Shown: positions 60,483 to 64,000 of the stretch, piece by piece
Layout: the number at the start of each line of letters is the position of its first letter
How positions within the stretch are numbered: the stretch's first letter is position 1
Assembly: GCA_963719625.1 (NCBI GenBank)
Contig: CAVRDB010000003.1
Span: forward strand, 118,870-182,869
Direction of reading: 5' to 3'
Origin: an uncultured Acidobacteriota bacterium
GTDB taxonomy: Bacteria > Acidobacteriota > Terriglobia > Terriglobales > Acidobacteriaceae
Length of the DNA: 64,000 nt
Translations under genes and position numbers: made by a program
The notes under the pieces: model-generated
What the model was told of the DNA's origin: nothing
Database searches by the model: none
Seen by the model: the letters and a program-made list of their open reading frames with translations, nothing else

Positions 60483-61946
60483 CTATGGATTCGACTTCAG
60501 CGCCATCACCAGCAGACGTCGTTCCGTCATCTCATCAATTGCGTAGCGAATGCCTTCCCGTCCTTCGCCTGAATCCTTCACGCCACCGTACGGCATCGAG
60601 TCCAACCGCCACGTTGGCGCGTCGCCTACGATCAGCGCTCCCACTTCCAGTGCTTGATATGCTTCCAGTATATGTCCCACATCGCGCGTGAATAAACCAG
60701 CTTGTAAACCATAGCGCGAAGCATTCACAGCAGCAATCGCATCAGAAAAATGTTCGTACGGTACCACCGTAATCACGGGCCCGAAAATTTCTTCATCGTT
60801 CACTTGCATCGGCGAATGCGTCCCAGTCAAGACAGTTGGGCTGATCAGTGAGCCCGTCCGCTTTCCCCCAGCCAGTATCGTTGCACCTGCACCCGTTGCC
60901 TCGTCAATCCAGCGCTTCACCCGCTCGGCATCGCTCTCGCGGATCAATGGACCAACATCGGTCTCCTCCAACGCTGGATCTCCTGTGTGAAGATTCTCGA
61001 CCAGCCGCAGCAGCACATCCATAAACGATTTGAAGATGGATTTTTGCACATACACGCGTTGTACAGAAATGCAACTTTGACCTGCATACCCAAATCCGCC
61101 TTTCACCGTTGATTGCGCCGCGCCATCGAGATCGTTCCAATCACTGTGAACAATCATGGCCGCATTGCCGCCGAGTTCCAGCAACACCCGCTTCTTTTTC
61201 GCCCGCGCCTTTAATTCCCAACCAACGCGGGCGCTGCCGGTAAAACTCACCACGCGAATGCGATCTTCCTCCGTAGCCAGCCGTGTGGTGTCCTCATTGG
61301 AAAGCGGAAGGAACGCAAGCGCCTCTTCCGGCCATCCTGCCTTCAGAATTGCATGCACCAATAGCCACGAACTGAATGGCGTCTGCGGTGCAGGCTTCAA
61401 AATCACCGGACACCCGCAGGCAATAGCAGGAGCCAGTTTGTGCGCCACCAGATTTAACGGAAAATTAAACGGCGTAATCGCCAATACCGGCCCGGCGGGA
61501 AATCTGCGCGATATTCCCCATCGCCCCGCTGAGGATGGAATCAGATCGAGCGGCAAAACTTCTCCGCCGATTCTGGTGGCCTCTTCCGCGGCAATCCGAA
61601 ACGTCAGAATGGCACGATCGACTTCGGCGCGGGCCGCCGTGATTGGCTTGCCTGCTTCTCGCAGTATCGTCTGCGCGTATAGCTCATGTTCCGTCTGAAG
61701 ATGCGCGGCGACTGCGTTCAAAATATTTTGCCGCTCCCACGATCCCAGCGTGGCGGTGCGAGCAAATCCTGCAACGGCAGCTTCGACTGCCTCTTCCGCA
61801 TCCGTCCACGACGCCTGCCAGACGTGGCCGATCAAAGATTGATCGAACGGTGCCCGCACTTCCAGCCGCGTGCCTTCGCGACGCTCCTGCCCTCGAACGA
61901 TCCATCCAATTTCGTCCGGAAGAATTTTTCCACTTTTGCTCTCCAT
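60483..61946 (-). CDS. NAD(P)-dependent aldehyde dehydrogenase family protein
   Basis: 487-aa ORF. ITPFNFPL, FTGS, catalytic Glu LELGGNA and Cys GQSCIS, EEIFGPV. Confidence 0.85.
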   Translation of the reverse strand: MESKSGKILPDEIGWIVRGQERREGTRLEVRAPFDQSLIGHVWQASWTDAEEAVEAAVAGFARTATLGSWERQNILNAVAAHLQTEHELYAQTILREAGKPITAARAEVDRAILTFRIAAEEATRIGGEVLPLDLIPSSAGRWGISRRFPAGPVLAITPFNFPLNLVAHKLAPAIACGCPVILKPAPQTPFSSWLLVHAILKAGWPEEALAFLPLSNEDTTRLATEEDRIRVVSFTGSARVGWELKARAKKKRVLLELGGNAAMIVHSDWNDLDGAAQSTVKGGFGYAGQSCISVQRVYVQKSIFKSFMDVLLRLVENLHTGDPALEETDVGPLIRESDAERVKRWIDEATGAGATILAGGKRTGSLISPTVLTGTHSPMQVNDEEIFGPVITVVPYEHFSDAIAAVNASRYGLQAGLFTRDVGHILEAYQALEVGALIVGDAPTWRLDSMPYGGVKDSGEGREGIRYAIDEMTERRLLVMALKSNP

Positions 61947-62692
61947 GGCACACCTCGTCTATCACGCAACAGTGTATAGACTGGAAACAGTGACTGGCGG
62001 TCTTCGAAAAGTTCGTTACGACCACGCGCTGGCGTGTCAGCAACTGACAGCAGCCGATGCGCGCCTCGCCAAACTGATGGTGCGTTCCGGGCCCTTTGCC
62101 ATGCGCCTGAAACCCACGCATTCCACCTTTGAAGCGTTGCTGGAATCGATCGTCTACCAACAACTGCATGGCCGCGCCGCAAAAGCGATTCATGGCCGCA
62201 TTCTGGATTTGTTTCCAGATCGAACCCCAACCCCATCAGCGTTACTGCGGCTAAACGAGCAGGTGTTGAGAACAGCCGGCCTTTCCGCCAGCAAGCAACT
62301 CGCCATCCGCGATCTGGCCGAGAAAAGCGAAGCGGGCATCGTGCCGCCGCTGACCAAAGCTGCATCGCATGCCCGATGAAGAAATTTGCGAGCGCCTGAC
62401 AACGGTACGCGGCATCGGCATCTGGACTGTGCAAATGCTTCTGATCTTCCGCATGGGACGGCCCAATGTTTTGCCCGTCTCCGATTACGGCGTCCGCAAG
62501 GGATTCGCACTCACGTTCGGCAAGCTGCGCCCGGGAATGCCCGTCACTCTGGCAGATCTTCCCACTCCCGACGTAATGAGACGCCGGGCCGCGCGCTGGC
62601 ATCCGTGGCATTCGGTGGCCAGCTGGTATTTATGGCGTGCCTGCGATCTTGCGCTCGAAAAAGAAACATCCACTGCACGGAAGAATCGATGA
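61945..62692 (+). pseudogene. HhH-GPD DNA glycosylase (AlkA / 3-methyladenine glycosylase II-like), split by a 1-nt insertion; start uncertain
   Basis: ORF 61870-62379 ends ...GIVPPLTKAASHAR. ORF 62369-62692 continues (KLHR)MPDEEICERLTTVRGIGIWTVQMLLIFRMGRPNVLPVSDYGVRKG (HhH-GPD). Frame B is open only from 62354. The start may be ATG 61945 or GTG 61990. Confidence 0.78.
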
Positions 62693-64000
62693 CCGTGCCC
62701 CAACGATTCGCCTGTATTCACGGCCACTTCTATCAACCTCCGCGAGAAAATGCTTGGCTGGAAGCGATTGAAATTCAGGACTCCGCAGCTCCGTTTCATG
62801 ACTGGAATGCCCGCATCAATCATGAGTGTTATGCCGCGAATGGCAGCTCGCGAATCCTGAACACGCAAAACAAAATTGTGCGGATTGTGAACAACTACTC
62901 CCGCATCAGTTTCAATTTCGGTCCGACGCTGCTGGCGTGGATGGAAAAATCCGCTCCCCTGAGTTATCAAAAGATACTCGACGCCGACCGCATCAGCATG
63001 GAGAGGTTCGGCGGACATGGCTCGGCCATCGCGCAAGTCTACAACCACATCATTCTTCCTCTCGCTCCCACTCAGGATCGCATCACGCAAATCCGATGGG
63101 GTATCGCCGACTTCGAATATCGATTTGGTCGCAAGCCGGAAGGTATGTGGCTATCCGAGACTGCCGTCGATGTAGAAAGCCTGGACCTGCTGGCGCAGCA
63201 CGGCATCCTGTTCACCATTCTGGCGCCACACCAATGTGCGCGCGTCCGGGACATCGCAACGGAGAACGACCCTGAAGCTCCAGCCTGGCACGAGACTCCC
63301 AATGCAACGGTCGACCCGACTCAGCCTTATCTTGTACGCACATCGGAGGGACGCAGCATTACCGTATTTTTCTACGATGGGCCTACGTCCCGCGCCATCG
63401 CATTTGAAGGACTGCTGAACAATGGCGGCGACATGGCGAAACGTCTGCTTGCTGGCTATCGCGAAAACGACCGGAGCGCACAGCTGGCTCATGTCGCAAC
63501 CGACGGTGAGAGCTACGGACACCATCATCCGCATGGCGACATGGCCCTGGCCTATGCCCTGCAATCGATCGAGAAAGACGGCGAAGTTCATCTGACCAAC
63601 TACGGACAGTTTCTGGAAAAATTTCCTCCGACCTCAGAGGCAGAAATTTACGAAGAAACTTCGTGGAGCTGCAGCCATGGGATTGAGAGATGGCGGTCCG
63701 ACTGCGGATGCAATACGGGCCAGCATCCGGATTGGAACCAGAATTGGCGCGCCCCTCTTCGCCGTGCTCTCGATTGGCTGCGGGATGCGGCCAGACCCTT
63801 GTGGCAACAATCCGCCAAGCTAATATTTCGCGACCCTGCCGCCGCACGCGATGGATACGTCCGCGTGCTGCTGAATCGAAATGCGACTTCGCAGCAAGCA
63901 TTCTTTGACGAACACTGCCTGCATCCTCCTTCCGCGGAGGAGCGGATCACAGCTCTCAAGTTGATGGAGATGGAGCGCCACCTTCAGTTGATGTACACCA
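62689..64000 (+). CDS. Glycoside hydrolase family 57 protein; 3-prime end runs off the window (absent from the ORF track)
   Basis: My own translation from ATG 62689 (ATGA overlap with the glycosylase stop) is open for 437 codons: MTVPQRFACIHGHFYQPPRENAWLEA...NFGPTLLAWM...HVATDGESYGHHHPHGDMALAY...SWSCSHGIERWRSDCGC. The HGHFYQPPREN and TDGE motifs are GH57 hallmarks. Confidence 0.85.
   Translation, partial: MTVPQRFACIHGHFYQPPRENAWLEAIEIQDSAAPFHDWNARINHECYAANGSSRILNTQNKIVRIVNNYSRISFNFGPTLLAWMEKSAPLSYQKILDADRISMERFGGHGSAIAQVYNHIILPLAPTQDRITQIRWGIADFEYRFGRKPEGMWLSETAVDVESLDLLAQHGILFTILAPHQCARVRDIATENDPEAPAWHETPNATVDPTQPYLVRTSEGRSITVFFYDGPTSRAIAFEGLLNNGGDMAKRLLAGYRENDRSAQLAHVATDGESYGHHHPHGDMALAYALQSIEKDGEVHLTNYGQFLEKFPPTSEAEIYEETSWSCSHGIERWRSDCGCNTGQHPDWNQNWRAPLRRALDWLRDAARPLWQQSAKLIFRDPAAARDGYVRVLLNRNATSQQAFFDEHCLHPPSAEERITALKLMEMERHLQLMYT

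Noticed and set aside
61944-61947. Divergent start codons sharing bases (CAT of the aldehyde dehydrogenase and ATG of the glycosylase within CCATGG)
   Set aside because: This is more likely a mis-called start. The glycosylase probably begins at GTG 61990 or later, which leaves a short normal divergent promoter region.

Overview
This is a 64-kb chromosomal, core-genome-like window. The protein signatures and moderately high GC suggest an acidobacterium of the Terriglobia type; that is inference only, since no search was possible. I support about 58 protein genes. I found no rRNA, tRNA, CRISPR array, transposase, integrase or recognisable defence or toxin module.

Content from left to right:
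- gmd, truncated at the left edge.
- A Tat-signal oxidoreductase.
- A TonB-dependent receptor divergent from a MarR regulator.
- rfbG plus a GT2 glycosyltransferase.
- A same-strand HAD / phosphomannomutase / manC / manA run.
- A class-I aminotransferase, coaD and recA.
- A double-length thyX.
- fabG, and separately acpP-fabF.
- dacB, folP, and a GH3 beta-glucosidase divergent from an alginate-export-like porin.
- A VIT transporter, rmuC, glmU, the pyrR-pyrB-pyrC operon and kbl.
- A 14-kb, 13-gene co-directional respiratory supercluster: Alternative Complex III actABCDEF, an unassigned membrane protein, an SCO chaperone, caa3-type cytochrome oxidase subunits II/I/III/IV, and one more membrane protein.
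- An aldehyde dehydrogenase, an HhH-GPD glycosylase, and a GH57 gene truncated at the right edge.

The ORF track misses the two edge genes (gmd, GH57). I read both by hand.

The strongest signal the ORF list does not explain is at least 15 single-base frame breaks in 13 conserved genes, including recA, glmU, pyrC, actC and actF. I read these as assembly indel errors rather than biology.

I found no convincing novel multi-gene system. The best leads are the unassigned 242-aa protein inside the ACIII-oxidase cluster, several short palindromes and direct repeats in regulatory positions, and a few secreted hypothetical proteins. All functional calls rest on motif recognition by eye, and start codons are approximate.
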